From a bacterium (GTDB lineage Bacteria > Actinomycetota > Acidimicrobiia > Acidimicrobiales > CATQHL01), in contig JAPOVS010000019.1 of assembly GCA_026708055.1 (NCBI GenBank), positions 532 through 64,531 of the forward strand: a stretch of DNA of 64,000 bases, in the 5' to 3' direction. Under the pieces are notes generated by a model that ran no database searches, had not been told where the DNA came from, and saw only the letters and a list, made by a program, of their open reading frames with translations. Shown one piece after another: positions 36,351 to 46,728 of this stretch. The stretch's first letter is position 1. Each line of letters opens with the position of its first letter. The position numbers and the translations under genes are program-made.

Positions 36351-38263
36351 CCGACACTCTCGCCCCCGAAGATCTCATCGGGTGCGGCAACGGCAGCCTC
36401 GACCCGGTCACCTTCGAGATCCTGCGCTCGCGCCTGTCGGCCATCAACGACGAGGCTGCCATGACGATGCGCCTCGTGTCCGGCTCGCCGGTGGCCAACG
36501 AGGCCTACGACATGAACGTGGGTCTCATGGATGCCGACGGGGACTGCTTCGCCATCGGCATGTACATCACCATCCACGCGCTCGCGCTGAGTTCCACGGT
36601 CAAGGACATCAGGCAGCGCTTCGCCGCCGACGACGTCGGGCCCGGCGACGTGTTCATGTCCAACGACCCCTACGTCGGGGCGTGCCACCAGATGGACGTG
36701 GCGGTCGTGGCCCCGATCTTCGCCGGCGGCCGGCTGGTGGCCTGGACCGGCTCCACGGTGCACCAGATCGACCTCGGCGGCCCGGTCGAGGGTCAGGTGC
36801 AGCTCGGCGCCACCTCCATCTGGAGCGAGCAGCCGCTGTTCCCGCCCATCAAGATCGTCGACGCCGGGGAGCTTCGCCCCGACGTGGAGCGGGGCTACCT
36901 CCGCCGCACCCGCCTGCCCCACCTCGTGGACCTGGATCTGAAGGCCATGATCGCCGGCTGCAACGTAGGGGTGGCACGGGTGCAGGATCTGACCGGGCGC
37001 TACGGCACCGACGTGGTGCTGGCCGCCATCGAGGGGATCAACGTCGCCACCGCCGCCCGGTTCCGGGCCCGGCTGGCGGAGCTGCCCGACGGCACCTGGT
37101 CGCATCGCGGCTACATCGAGTACGACGAGGTGTACCCGGTCGTCGTGGAGATGACCAAGGACGGCGACTCGCTCACGTTCGACTACACGCAGAGTGCCGA
37201 TCAGGCCGGCGCCGTCATCAACTGCACCCGCCCGGCCTGCGTGGGCGCCGTCGTGGCCGCCGTTCTCCCGTACCTCTGCTACGACATGGCGTGGTCGCCC
37301 GCCGGGCTGCAGCGGGCCATCGAGGTGCGCACCCGCGAGGGCACCGTCGTCCACGCCGCCTGGCCGGCCGGCACCTCGAAGGCCACCACCACCGGCAGCT
37401 TCATGGCCACGATCTCCGCGGGTGTCTGCCTGTCGAAGCTGCTGGCGGCGAGCGAGGGACATCTCCGGCAATTCATGTCCACCTGGATGGGCGGGCTCTA
37501 CGTGGAGGACATGTTCGGCGTGGATCAGCGGGGCGAGTTCTTCGGCGCGGCGATCCTCGACGCCATGGCAGGGGGGTCGGGGGCGCGGGCCTTCGCCGAC
37601 GGGCTGGATGCCGGTGGCTTCCTGGACTCGCCGTCGGCGATCATCGCCAACATCGAGGACATCGAGTACAGCTACCCGGTGCTCTACCTGTCCCGCCGGA
37701 TCCAGCCCGACACCGGGGGCGCCGGCAAGTACCGCGGCGGCAACACGCTCGCCATGACCTACATCACCCACGATGTTGAGCGGTTGCCCACGAAGATCCT
37801 TCACGCCATCGGCACCTTCCAGCCGGGCTCCATCGGCGTGGCCGGCGGGTACCCGTCGAACACCAACCAGTTCGTCATCAAGCGCGACACGAACGTCCGC
37901 GACCTGCTCGCCGGCGGTGCGGTGCCCGACGACCTCGGCGCCCTCGACGGTGAACTCGAGATCTTCGCCGACCCCATCGTCAAGACCTCCCAGGGGCCCG
38001 ACGACGTCCACCGTTACGTCGCCATGGGCGGGGGCGGGTACCTCGACCCTCTGGACCGCGAGCCCGAACTGGTGCTGGCCGACTACGTCGTCGGTGCTGT
38101 GACGGTGGCGCACGCTCGCGACGCCTACGGCGTGGTGATCGACGTCGACGGGATGTGCGTGGACGAGGCCGCCACCGACCGGCGACGCCGCCAGATCCGC
38201 GACGAGCGCCGCCGCTCGGCCGCGGTTCCGCGCGCCGCGACGCGGCACCCGGGATTGACCTGA
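36347..38263 (+). CDS. hyuB: Hydantoinase B/oxoprolinase family protein
   Basis: 638 aa with …DPVTFEILRSRLSAINDEAAMTM… and …KYRGGN…. The ATG overlaps the upstream stop. Confidence 0.9.
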   Translation: MTDTLAPEDLIGCGNGSLDPVTFEILRSRLSAINDEAAMTMRLVSGSPVANEAYDMNVGLMDADGDCFAIGMYITIHALALSSTVKDIRQRFAADDVGPGDVFMSNDPYVGACHQMDVAVVAPIFAGGRLVAWTGSTVHQIDLGGPVEGQVQLGATSIWSEQPLFPPIKIVDAGELRPDVERGYLRRTRLPHLVDLDLKAMIAGCNVGVARVQDLTGRYGTDVVLAAIEGINVATAARFRARLAELPDGTWSHRGYIEYDEVYPVVVEMTKDGDSLTFDYTQSADQAGAVINCTRPACVGAVVAAVLPYLCYDMAWSPAGLQRAIEVRTREGTVVHAAWPAGTSKATTTGSFMATISAGVCLSKLLAASEGHLRQFMSTWMGGLYVEDMFGVDQRGEFFGAAILDAMAGGSGARAFADGLDAGGFLDSPSAIIANIEDIEYSYPVLYLSRRIQPDTGGAGKYRGGNTLAMTYITHDVERLPTKILHAIGTFQPGSIGVAGGYPSNTNQFVIKRDTNVRDLLAGGAVPDDLGALDGELEIFADPIVKTSQGPDDVHRYVAMGGGGYLDPLDREPELVLADYVVGAVTVAHARDAYGVVIDVDGMCVDEAATDRRRRQIRDERRRSAAVPRAATRHPGLT

Positions 38264-38268
38264 TCAAC

Positions 38269-40371
38269 GTGGACCGCCTCGTCGCCGTCGACAGCGGCGG
38301 TACGTTCACCGACTGCGTCACGCTCGACGCCGCGGGCCGCATCGGATCTGCCAAGGCGCCGTCGACGCCGTCGGACTTCTCCGAGGGGGTCGTGCAGTCG
38401 GTGGCGCGCGCCGCCGCCGGTGAGGATCTCGGCCTCGGCGATCTCCTGGCGCGCACCGGCTTGTTCTGCCATGGGACCACGGTCGCCACCAACGCTCTGC
38501 TGACGCGATCGGGCTCGGCGGTCGGCCTCGTCACGACCAAGGGACACGAGGACGCCATCATCGTCGGACGGACGATCCAGAAGGCCGCCGGCATCGCCGA
38601 GTCGGAACTCTCCAACCTGGCACACCTGGAGAAGGCGGTCCCGATCGTGCCGCGGCCCCTGATCAAGGGAGTGACCGAGCGGATCGACTACAGGGGCTCG
38701 GTCGTCGTGCCGATCGATCCCGACGAGGCGGCCGGTGCCATCGACGAACTCGTCACCGCTGGTGTCGAGGCGATCGCCGTGTGCTTCCTGTGGAGTTTCC
38801 TGAACCCCGAGCACGAACGGGCGGTGGCCGACTTGATCCGGTCTCACCACCCGGATCTCTTCGTCACGGTGTCCTGCGAGGTGGCGCCGGTCATCAAGGA
38901 GTACGAGCGTTGTGCCACGACCGTGCTCAACGGTTACCTAAGCAGGACGACACACACGTACATATCGAGGCTGCAGCAACGACTTGCCGACGGTGGCCTG
39001 GCCAACGATCCGGTCATCATGCAGTCCATCGGCGGTCTGACCCGGGCCGAGGTCGGCAAGGGACGTGCCGTCACCCTCCTGGGATCCGGACCGACCGGCG
39101 GCGTGTTCGGGGCGGCCTCGCTGGGCCGGCTGATCGGCGCGGAGAACATCGTGACGACGGACGTGGGCGGCACCAGCTTCGATGTCGGCCTCGTCGTCGA
39201 CGGCGAGCCCCTCGTCGTCGGCACGCCGGTGTTCGACAAGTACCACACCGTCCTTCCGGTGATCGACGTGGTCTCGATCGGCGCCGGCGGGGGGAGTCTC
39301 GCCTGGATCGAGCCCGGCACCGGATTGGTGAAGGTGGGGCCGCAGAGTGCTGGCGCGGTCCCGGGCCCGGCGTGCTACGGGGCCGGCGGGACGCGCCCGA
39401 CGGTGACGGACGCCAACCTGGTGCTGGGACGTCTCGACCCCGACTACTTCCTCGGCGGCGAGCGCCGGCTGCACGTCGAGGGAGCGAGAGAGGCGATCGA
39501 GACCCACGTCGCGGCGCCGACCGGACTCTCGGTCACCGAGGCGGCGATGGCCATCGTGGACATCCTCGACGCCCGCATGGCCGACCTGGTCCGCATGAGC
39601 ACGATCGGTCGGGGCTACGACCCCCGCGAGTTCGCGCTCTTCGCGTTCGGCGGTGCCGGTCCTCTCCACGTCGGGGCGTACGCGGCGGACGTCGGCACCC
39701 GCCTCACCGTCGTGCCGACGAACTCGGCGGTGTTCTCGGCCTTCGGGATCGCCGCCTCCGATCCCGTCTCGGTCATCCAGGCCAGTGACCCGATGGTCGC
39801 ACCCTTCGACCCCGAGAGGTTGAGCACGCTCTATGTCGCGCTCGCCGAGCGGGCGGTGGCGGAGCTTGCGGCGAACGGCGTCGCCCGGGGGAACATCACC
39901 ACCAGCCGCGAGGTCGAGATGCGCTACCGCGGTCAGGTGCACGAGGTGCGCGTGCCCGTTCCCGAGGGCCCGCTCGACTCCGGGAGCCTTGCGGTGGTGA
40001 TGGAGGAGTTCCGCCGCCGCTACAACCGCCGCTACGGCTCGGGTGCGGCCGCCGACGCCGCCATCGAGGCGCGAACCTTCGTGGTACGTGGCGTGGGACG
40101 GCAGGCGAAGCCCGAGTTGCATCCCGCGGCCCTCGGGCCCGAGGACCCGAGCGGCGCGCTCGTCTCGGAGCGCCAGGTCTATTTCCGGCCCCTCGGCGGT
40201 TTCGCCCCCACGCCCATCTACCGGCGCGAGCTGCTCCGGCCCGGAAACTCCGTGCCGGGCCACGCCGTGATCGAGGCCGTCGACACCACCATGCTGATCC
40301 ACCCCGGCCAGCGCGCCGACGTGGACGCCTGGGGCAACATATTGCTCGACACCACAGGGGGTAGACGATGA
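38269..40371 (+). CDS. hyuA: Hydantoinase A/oxoprolinase family protein
   Basis: A GTG start gives VDRLVAVDSGGTFTDCV…, with …TDVGGTSFDVG… further on. ~700 aa. Confidence 0.9.
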   Translation: MDRLVAVDSGGTFTDCVTLDAAGRIGSAKAPSTPSDFSEGVVQSVARAAAGEDLGLGDLLARTGLFCHGTTVATNALLTRSGSAVGLVTTKGHEDAIIVGRTIQKAAGIAESELSNLAHLEKAVPIVPRPLIKGVTERIDYRGSVVVPIDPDEAAGAIDELVTAGVEAIAVCFLWSFLNPEHERAVADLIRSHHPDLFVTVSCEVAPVIKEYERCATTVLNGYLSRTTHTYISRLQQRLADGGLANDPVIMQSIGGLTRAEVGKGRAVTLLGSGPTGGVFGAASLGRLIGAENIVTTDVGGTSFDVGLVVDGEPLVVGTPVFDKYHTVLPVIDVVSIGAGGGSLAWIEPGTGLVKVGPQSAGAVPGPACYGAGGTRPTVTDANLVLGRLDPDYFLGGERRLHVEGAREAIETHVAAPTGLSVTEAAMAIVDILDARMADLVRMSTIGRGYDPREFALFAFGGAGPLHVGAYAADVGTRLTVVPTNSAVFSAFGIAASDPVSVIQASDPMVAPFDPERLSTLYVALAERAVAELAANGVARGNITTSREVEMRYRGQVHEVRVPVPEGPLDSGSLAVVMEEFRRRYNRRYGSGAAADAAIEARTFVVRGVGRQAKPELHPAALGPEDPSGALVSERQVYFRPLGGFAPTPIYRRELLRPGNSVPGHAVIEAVDTTMLIHPGQRADVDAWGNILLDTTGGRR

Positions 40372-41678
40372 CCGCGCCGCCCAGCAGGCCCACGCCCGAG
40401 CACTACGAGGCGGCGCTCGCCGCCATCGACCGGGAGGAACTTGTCGACCTGTCACTCGAGTTGGCGCAGATCGACAGTCCGCCCGGCCAGGAGCAGCCCG
40501 TATCGGACCGCGTCCTGGAGTGGCTGACCGACAACGGGTTCGAGGCGTCGCAGGTGGGCATGTTCGCCGATCGCACGAACGTCGTCGGTCGCCTGCGGGG
40601 CTCCGGGGGCGGCAACACGGTGATCTTCAACGCCCACATGGACGTGGCCTGGGGCCCCGAGGAGCGGCGCTGGATGCACGATCCCGACAACCCCATCTAC
40701 TTCTCCGCCTGGCGGGAGGGCGACACGCTCGTGGGCAACGGCCTCATCAACGACAAGGGGCCGCTGGCGTGCACGCTGATCGCGGCCAAGGCGGTGAAGG
40801 ACTCGGGCGCGCCGCTGGCCGGCGACCTCATCGTCACCGGCGTCGCCGGCGAGATCGGCCAGGAGCCCGTCGACGAGTTCACCTCCCCTGGCTACCTCTC
40901 CAAGGAGGTCGGTGCGCGCTACCTCATCACCCACGGCATCATCGGCGACTACGCCGTGGTGGCCGAGGCCACGAGCTTCGGCGTCACCTGGGTGGAGGCC
41001 GGCAAGGCCTTCTTCAAGGTGACCGTGCTCGGCGGCAGCTCCCGCTACACGCCCTATGTCACCCATCCCGAAAGCCTCGCCGAGCACGGCAACGCCCTGG
41101 TGCGGGTGGTGCCGGTGATCGAGGCCCTGACCGACTGGGGGCGGCGCTACGAGGTGGAGCACGAGTACCGCTTCGACGGCGGCCGCTGCGTGCCGAAGGT
41201 GAACATCGGCGCCATTCGCGGTGGTCAGCCGTTCCTCTCGATCGTGAGCGCCGAGCATTGCTACCTCTATCTCGACGTGCGTCTCACCCCGGCGCAGACG
41301 GCCATGGACGTCCAGGCGGAACTGACCGAGGTGCTGGGCGCCCTCGACGTGCCCACCCAACTCGAGTGCACGCTCTACCGCCGCGGCTACGAGGCGGTCG
41401 GCGTCGATGAGCTGCTGGATGCCACCGCCATCGCCCACCGGGCCGAGTTCGGCACCGAGCCGGGCGAGGCGGAGCCGCAGATGTCGAGCATGTGGCGCGA
41501 CACGAACCCGTTCATCGAGATGGGTATCCCGGCGATCACCTACGGGCCCACGGGCAGCGTCGGTGGAGGTCGCTACTCGGCCGAGATCGCCGACTTCGTC
41601 GCCGTCACGAGGATCTACGCCCGGCTGGCGCTGGACCTCTGCAACCGCCCGCGAACCAGGCGCGGCATACCGGCATGA
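40368..41678 (+). CDS. M20 family metallopeptidase/deacylase
   Basis: 436 aa with …VIFNAHMDV… and …NDKGPLA…, an ArgE/DapE/CPG2-like pattern. Confidence 0.85.
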   Translation: MTAPPSRPTPEHYEAALAAIDREELVDLSLELAQIDSPPGQEQPVSDRVLEWLTDNGFEASQVGMFADRTNVVGRLRGSGGGNTVIFNAHMDVAWGPEERRWMHDPDNPIYFSAWREGDTLVGNGLINDKGPLACTLIAAKAVKDSGAPLAGDLIVTGVAGEIGQEPVDEFTSPGYLSKEVGARYLITHGIIGDYAVVAEATSFGVTWVEAGKAFFKVTVLGGSSRYTPYVTHPESLAEHGNALVRVVPVIEALTDWGRRYEVEHEYRFDGGRCVPKVNIGAIRGGQPFLSIVSAEHCYLYLDVRLTPAQTAMDVQAELTEVLGALDVPTQLECTLYRRGYEAVGVDELLDATAIAHRAEFGTEPGEAEPQMSSMWRDTNPFIEMGIPAITYGPTGSVGGGRYSAEIADFVAVTRIYARLALDLCNRPRTRRGIPA

Positions 41679-42592
41679 GGATCACGCACCTGCGCGGCGT
41701 GGAGCTGACCGACCCGGTGCCGCATGAGATCGCCGGCTTCTACGAGCAGGTCTGGGGCCTGCAGCGGGTTGCCCCGGGAGGGGAGTCGGTCTACCTCCGC
41801 GGCACGGGACCGGAGCATCACATCCTGGCGATTCACCCGGGTCCCCAGACCACGGTGCGTGGCTACCGCCTGGGACTGGCCGACCGTGCCGCGGTGGACG
41901 GTGCGGCGGAGGAGTTGGGAGCCCGACCCGCCAGCCGCATCGTCGCCGGCCCAGGGCCCCTCGAGAGACCCGGAGGTGGCTACGGGTTGCGGATCATCGA
42001 CCCCGATGGGCGGGAGATCGAGTTGTCGGCCGAGGTGGCGCAGGCGGGGGAGCGGGCAGCCGCTTCCGGCGGCCCGCCGATCCGGCCCACGAAGGTGAGC
42101 CACGTGGTGCTGAACTCGCCCGAAGCCGACGCCTATCTGCAACTCCTCATCGAGGTCCTCGGCTTCCGGGTCGCCGATGAGACCGAGCACATGGTGTTCC
42201 TGAAGTGCAACCTGGACCACCACAGCGTGGCTATCGCCCGGTCCCCGCACGCCTCCCTCAACCACGTTGCCTTCGAGGTGCCGACGGTGGAGGACGTCCT
42301 GGCGGGCATCGAGCACATGCGCGCCCACGGTTTCGACACGATCTGGGGTCCCGGCCGCCATCCCCAGGGGATGAACGCCTTCGGCTACTTCCTGGCGCCC
42401 AATGGACAGGTCGTCGAGTACACCGCCGAGGTGGAGCAGATCCCCGACGACGAGTTGGCCCCGCGGTTCTGGGTGCCGGAGGACTACGAGGTGTACGACG
42501 ACTGGGCCGACATCTCCTCGCTGCGTCCCACGCCGGAGACCCGGACGCTGATGCGCGGCGTGCCCGAGGCGGCACCGCACGGGGGCGCGTAG
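41675..42592 (+). CDS. Extradiol ring-cleavage dioxygenase (two-domain VOC, catechol 2,3-dioxygenase-like)
   Basis: 305 aa with …VSHVVLNSPE…, …LDHHSVAI… and …LNHVAFEV…GPGRH…, the typical type I extradiol pattern. Confidence 0.8.
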   Translation: MRITHLRGVELTDPVPHEIAGFYEQVWGLQRVAPGGESVYLRGTGPEHHILAIHPGPQTTVRGYRLGLADRAAVDGAAEELGARPASRIVAGPGPLERPGGGYGLRIIDPDGREIELSAEVAQAGERAAASGGPPIRPTKVSHVVLNSPEADAYLQLLIEVLGFRVADETEHMVFLKCNLDHHSVAIARSPHASLNHVAFEVPTVEDVLAGIEHMRAHGFDTIWGPGRHPQGMNAFGYFLAPNGQVVEYTAEVEQIPDDELAPRFWVPEDYEVYDDWADISSLRPTPETRTLMRGVPEAAPHGGA

Positions 42593-42594
42593 CC

Positions 42595-42891
42595 GTGGCG
42601 CGGCTCAACGAGCAGATCGAGGTCGTGGGCACGGGCGCCCAGGCGGTCGCCGTCTGCCGCTGCGGCCACGAGATCGGCCCCGCCTCCGAGAACTACAAGC
42701 TGCATCTGTTGATGCGCGAGGGTCCGGTGCAGAACGCGGGCCCATGGGTCGACCCCAACGAGATCGGCGGCGACCGGTTCGTGTGCCGCGAGTTCTTCTG
42801 CCCCGGCTGCGTCACCCTGCTGGACGTGGAGATCGCCCAGCGCCACGAGCCGATCCTCTGGGACGTGCGCCTGGATCTCGGAGAGCAATGA
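42595..42891 (+). CDS. Acetone-carboxylase gamma-subunit-like small Zn-ribbon protein
   Basis: 98 aa (GTG start) with …CRCGHEIGP…ENYKLHLLMREGPV… and …REFFCPGCVTLLDVE…. Confidence 0.7.
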   Translation: MARLNEQIEVVGTGAQAVAVCRCGHEIGPASENYKLHLLMREGPVQNAGPWVDPNEIGGDRFVCREFFCPGCVTLLDVEIAQRHEPILWDVRLDLGEQ

Positions 42892-42936
42892 TGCCGCCTC
42901 GACTGCTCTCGGCTCGTCATTCCGGCGCCTCACTTC

Positions 42937-42962
42937 GTCATTCCGGCGAAGGCCGGAATCCA
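42937..42962 (+). repeat. REP-like hairpin element, copy 1 (partial copy at 42916-42927)
   Basis: GTCATTCCGGCGAAGGCCGGAATCCA has an 8-bp stem ATTCCGGC/GCCGGAAT and a GAAG loop. It lies 46 nt after a stop codon. Confidence 0.85.
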
Positions 42963-43006
42963 TCCGCCGGCGATCCGGTCGACGCCACACCGGAGTCGCT
43001 CCACTG

Positions 43007-44032
43007 ATGCTGAAGGTCCAGGACATCGCCGGCGTCTACGTCCTGCCGCCGACGCCCTGCCTGCCCGACGCCGGGGGCTGGGACGCGGTCGACTCGGTGG
43101 ACCTGGACGAGACGGCGCGCATGACCGACTGGCTCATCAAGCCGGGGGTCACCGGGCTCGGACTGTTCGGCACGACCGGCGAGGGCCACTCGCTGTTGTG
43201 GGAGGAGAAGCTGCGCTGCGCCGAGACCGCGGTTGAGGCCGCCGCGGGCCGGGTGCAGATCTTCGGCGGTGTCACCGCCCTGGGTACCCGCGACGTGATC
43301 CGTCAGATGCGAGGCCTGCGTGACGTCGGTGTCGAGGGTGCCCTGGTCGGGCTCCCGCTGTGGCAGACGCCCACAGTCGAGAACGCCGTGGGATTCTTCG
43401 CCGACCTCGCCGCGGCGGTGCCGGACATGTCCGTGATGGTCTACTCCAACTCCTGGTACTTCAAGTTCGACTTCCCGCTGGAGTTCTGGTCCGGTCTCGT
43501 GGACCGTGCGCCGACGGTCGTCGCCGCCAAGGTCACGCACGGGTTCCGGAACTACCGGGAGGAGGTCGAAGCCACCGCCGGGCGGATCAACATGATCCCC
43601 GGCGACCCGGGGATCTTCATTGCCTGGGGTCTCATCGGCAGTGCCATCGATGCGGTCTGGTCCACGCAGGCCGCTCTGGGGCCCGAACCGGTCGTTGCCC
43701 TGCTGGCGGCCATTCGGTCCGGTGACCAGGAACCGGTGGAGGAGATCATCGCCGACTTCCGGGCAGTGCCGTCGTACTTCCCGCCAGGTGCCATGGCCAA
43801 TCGCGATCACACCGACGACTTCGCCCGCTACAACACGCAGGTGGCCAAGTGGCGATTGAACGCCTCGGGCCTCATCGCCGCCGGCCCCGTGCGGCCGCCG
43901 TACACCGACCTGCCCGAGTCCTGGAAGCGCCAGGTGGAGTTGGAGGTGGAGGGCTTCGCCGCGCTGCGGGCGAAGTACGCCGCCGACGCTGTCGAGCCGG
44001 CCGCGGCGGGACCGCGAGGGACTGCCGGATAG
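43007..44032 (+). CDS. Dihydrodipicolinate synthase (DapA)-like class I aldolase family protein
   Basis: 341 aa with …GLGLFGTTGEGHSL… and …VVAAKVTHG…, consistent with this family. Confidence 0.75.
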   Translation: MLKVQDIAGVYVLPPTPCLPDAGGWDAVDSVDLDETARMTDWLIKPGVTGLGLFGTTGEGHSLLWEEKLRCAETAVEAAAGRVQIFGGVTALGTRDVIRQMRGLRDVGVEGALVGLPLWQTPTVENAVGFFADLAAAVPDMSVMVYSNSWYFKFDFPLEFWSGLVDRAPTVVAAKVTHGFRNYREEVEATAGRINMIPGDPGIFIAWGLIGSAIDAVWSTQAALGPEPVVALLAAIRSGDQEPVEEIIADFRAVPSYFPPGAMANRDHTDDFARYNTQVAKWRLNASGLIAAGPVRPPYTDLPESWKRQVELEVEGFAALRAKYAADAVEPAAAGPRGTAG

Positions 44033-44061
44033 GGTCACGAATGCCCGGCTTCTTCCCCTCG

Positions 44062-44087
44062 GTCATTCCGGCGAAGGCCGGAATCCA
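44062..44087 (+). repeat. REP-like hairpin element, copy 2
   Basis: Identical 26-mer, 30 nt after the stop at 44032. Confidence 0.85.
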
Positions 44088-44134
44088 CTCGGTGTGGGCT
44101 GGAGCACAGGGCTGAGACGCAGCGGGAGAGAGCC

Positions 44135-45565
44135 ATGGGGATCCGTACCGGCGAGGAGTACCTGAAAGGCATCCGCGATGGCCGGAGCGTCTGGCTGGAC
44201 GGTGAGCTGGTGGACGACGTGACGGCGCATCCCGCTCTGGCCGGCTGCGCGCAGACGCTGGCCGACGTCTACGACCTGCAGCACGATCCCACCTTCGGAG
44301 ACCTGCTGACCATGCAGTCGCCGTCCACCGGCGACCGGGTCAGCCTCAGCTACATCCTCCCGCAGTCACCGGAGGACCTGCGCCTCCGCCGCACCATGAT
44401 CGAGTTGCTGGCCCGCCGCTCGGGCGGCACCCTGGGGCGCCTGCCGGAGTACATGGCGTCGATCATCGTGGGCCTCTACGACGTGCGGGCCACGCTTGCC
44501 GAGGTCGAACCTGCCTACGCCGACAACATCGCTGCCTACATGGAGTTCTGCCGCGAGAACGACGTGGCGCTCACGCACAGCTTCGCGGACGCACCCAAGG
44601 ACATGCGCATCCCGCGGGAGCGCTTCGAGAACCTGCGCCTGAAGGAGCAGCGCAGCGACGGGATCGTGGTGCACGGCGTGAAGTCGGTGGCCACGCTGGC
44701 GCCGTTCGCGGACGAGTACGTGGCGCTGGCGCCCAACCGCCCCGGGCTGGCCGACGACGAGATCGTCTACTTCGCCGTGCCGATGGACACGCCCGGCCTG
44801 CGGGTCTTCTGCCGCCCGTCGCTGGTGCCGCCGGCCGTCCCGGATCGCCGGCTGGCAGCGGCCTTCGACGAGATGGACTGCTGGGTCGTCTTCGACAACG
44901 TCTTCGTGCCCGCCGAGCGGGTCTTCTACCGCCAGGCCACGCATGTGCATCTGGGCCTGCTCGGCCAGATCCTGCCGTGGGCCTTCTACCACATCCTCAT
45001 CAGGATGACCTGCAAGGCCGAGGTGCTGGCCGGCATCTGCGCCCAGGTCACCGAGTACCTCGGCAAGGACAACCAGCAGTACCTGCAGCTCCAACTCTGC
45101 GAGGTCTACGGCTACGTGGAGACGCTGCGGGCGTTCCTCACCGCCGCCGAGGAGCAGCACCTGCGCACCCCCGACGGCAACGTGATCCCCAACCCCACCC
45201 AGGTCACGCTGGGGCGGATCCACGCGGTGGAGCACCATCCCCGCATCCTGCAGATCGTGCGTGAGATGTGCGGGTCCGGCATACTGATGGCACCAGGGAC
45301 GGCTGATCTGGCCAACGCCGAGGTGGAAGGCGATGTCATGCGCTATCTCGTGGGGCCCGACGAGAACGCCGTCGACCGCTTCCGGCTGCTGAAGCTGGCG
45401 TGGGAGTACGGCTGCGACTCCTTCGGGTCGCGCCAGCTGCTGTTCGAGATGCACAACGCCGGATCGCACCTGACGACCCGCCAGCGCCTCGGCATGTCCT
45501 ACGACGCCGCCCCCCTGAAGGCGCTCGCCAGGCAACTGGCCGGCATCGACGACACGAGCGGTTGA
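44135..45565 (+). CDS. 4-hydroxyphenylacetate 3-monooxygenase oxygenase component (HpaB) family flavin monooxygenase
   Basis: 476 aa. MGIRTGEEYLKGIRDGRSVWLDGELVDDVTAHPA… is the typical HpaB-family N-terminus. Confidence 0.85.
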   Translation: MGIRTGEEYLKGIRDGRSVWLDGELVDDVTAHPALAGCAQTLADVYDLQHDPTFGDLLTMQSPSTGDRVSLSYILPQSPEDLRLRRTMIELLARRSGGTLGRLPEYMASIIVGLYDVRATLAEVEPAYADNIAAYMEFCRENDVALTHSFADAPKDMRIPRERFENLRLKEQRSDGIVVHGVKSVATLAPFADEYVALAPNRPGLADDEIVYFAVPMDTPGLRVFCRPSLVPPAVPDRRLAAAFDEMDCWVVFDNVFVPAERVFYRQATHVHLGLLGQILPWAFYHILIRMTCKAEVLAGICAQVTEYLGKDNQQYLQLQLCEVYGYVETLRAFLTAAEEQHLRTPDGNVIPNPTQVTLGRIHAVEHHPRILQIVREMCGSGILMAPGTADLANAEVEGDVMRYLVGPDENAVDRFRLLKLAWEYGCDSFGSRQLLFEMHNAGSHLTTRQRLGMSYDAAPLKALARQLAGIDDTSG

Positions 45566-45582
45566 GAGACGGGAGCGTGCCC

Positions 45583-46590
45583 ATGAAGACCATCGCCGAG
45601 ATCGCCGGACCGACGTCCTGGATGGGGCCCGATTTGCAGGACAGCGACGAGTGGATCCTCGAATTGCAGGAGTCGCACCAGCGGGAACTGCTCGACGCTC
45701 TGGCGGGCGTCGAGGACGCCGGGCTGGACTACGTGGAGATCACCCGGGAGAGCTTTCCCCTGCCCACTGTCGGCCCGCTGCTCGTATCGATGCTGAACGA
45801 CCTGCTGGAGGGTCGCGGCTTCGTGTTGCTGCGCGGCGTGCCCATCGAGGGGCTCAGCGAGCGCCGGATCGAGCTCATGTACTGGGGGATGGGCCTCTAC
45901 ATCGGCATCTGTCTGCCGCAGGGCGTTGAGGGCACCGAGCTGTTCGCCCACGTGCGCGACGAGGGCGTCGACCGCACGTCCACCTACGGCGGCGGCCTGC
46001 TCAACCGGCACAATCAAGCGCTCCCGTTCCATACCGACACCAGCGACATCGTCGGGCTGCTGTGCATCCACCCGGCGATGCGGGGCGGCACCAGCACCAT
46101 CGTCAGCGCCGTGGCCGTGCACGATGAGATCGTCCGCCGCCGCCCCGATCTCGCCGCGGTCATGTACGAGCCGTGGTGGTTCGACCGCAAGCGCGGCGAC
46201 GGCCCCGACAGCTTCGCCCAGTGCCCCATCTACGCCGTGAACGGCGCCGGCCGGCTCTTCGCCTTCTACGGTCCCGATCTGTACAAGTATGCGCAGCGCG
46301 GCGAGCACGTCCCCGATCTGTCCCCCCAGCAGTGGGAGGCGATGGCACTGATCGACGAGATCAACGGCAGCCCGGAGTACCAACTGCACATGGACTTCCA
46401 GCCGGGCGAGATCCAGTTCATCAACAACTACGCGGTCATGCATTCGCGCACCGCCTACGAGGACCATCCCGACCCGGCTCTGCGGCGCGACCTCATCCGG
46501 CTGTGGCTGACCCTGGAACGCGACCTCGACATACCCGAGGAGTTCTACGAGCGCGGCCTCAGGACCCGCTCCGCCGCCTTCGCCGGCTAG
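45583..46590 (+). CDS. TauD/TfdA-family Fe(II)/2-oxoglutarate dioxygenase
   Basis: 335 aa with …LPFHTDTSD… (HxD) and …NYAVMHSRTAYED…. Confidence 0.8.
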   Translation: MKTIAEIAGPTSWMGPDLQDSDEWILELQESHQRELLDALAGVEDAGLDYVEITRESFPLPTVGPLLVSMLNDLLEGRGFVLLRGVPIEGLSERRIELMYWGMGLYIGICLPQGVEGTELFAHVRDEGVDRTSTYGGGLLNRHNQALPFHTDTSDIVGLLCIHPAMRGGTSTIVSAVAVHDEIVRRRPDLAAVMYEPWWFDRKRGDGPDSFAQCPIYAVNGAGRLFAFYGPDLYKYAQRGEHVPDLSPQQWEAMALIDEINGSPEYQLHMDFQPGEIQFINNYAVMHSRTAYEDHPDPALRRDLIRLWLTLERDLDIPEEFYERGLRTRSAAFAG

Positions 46591-46610
46591 CACGCTCGGG
46601 ACTTCCAGTC

Positions 46611-46636
46611 GTCATCCCGGCGAAGACCGGGATCCG
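46611..46636 (+). repeat. REP-like hairpin element, copy 3 (variant)
   Basis: GTCATCCCGGCGAAGACCGGGATCCG carries a paired T>C / A>G change that preserves the stem. It lies 21 nt after the stop at 46590. Confidence 0.8.
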
Positions 46637-46728
46637 GTTCCGCGGCCGACCGGTCATCGCCGACCGTGACGCTCCCGGGCGCCGGCGAGTGCCACCGCGC
46701 GCGGCGAGTGCTGTGCAATGCTGCTCCC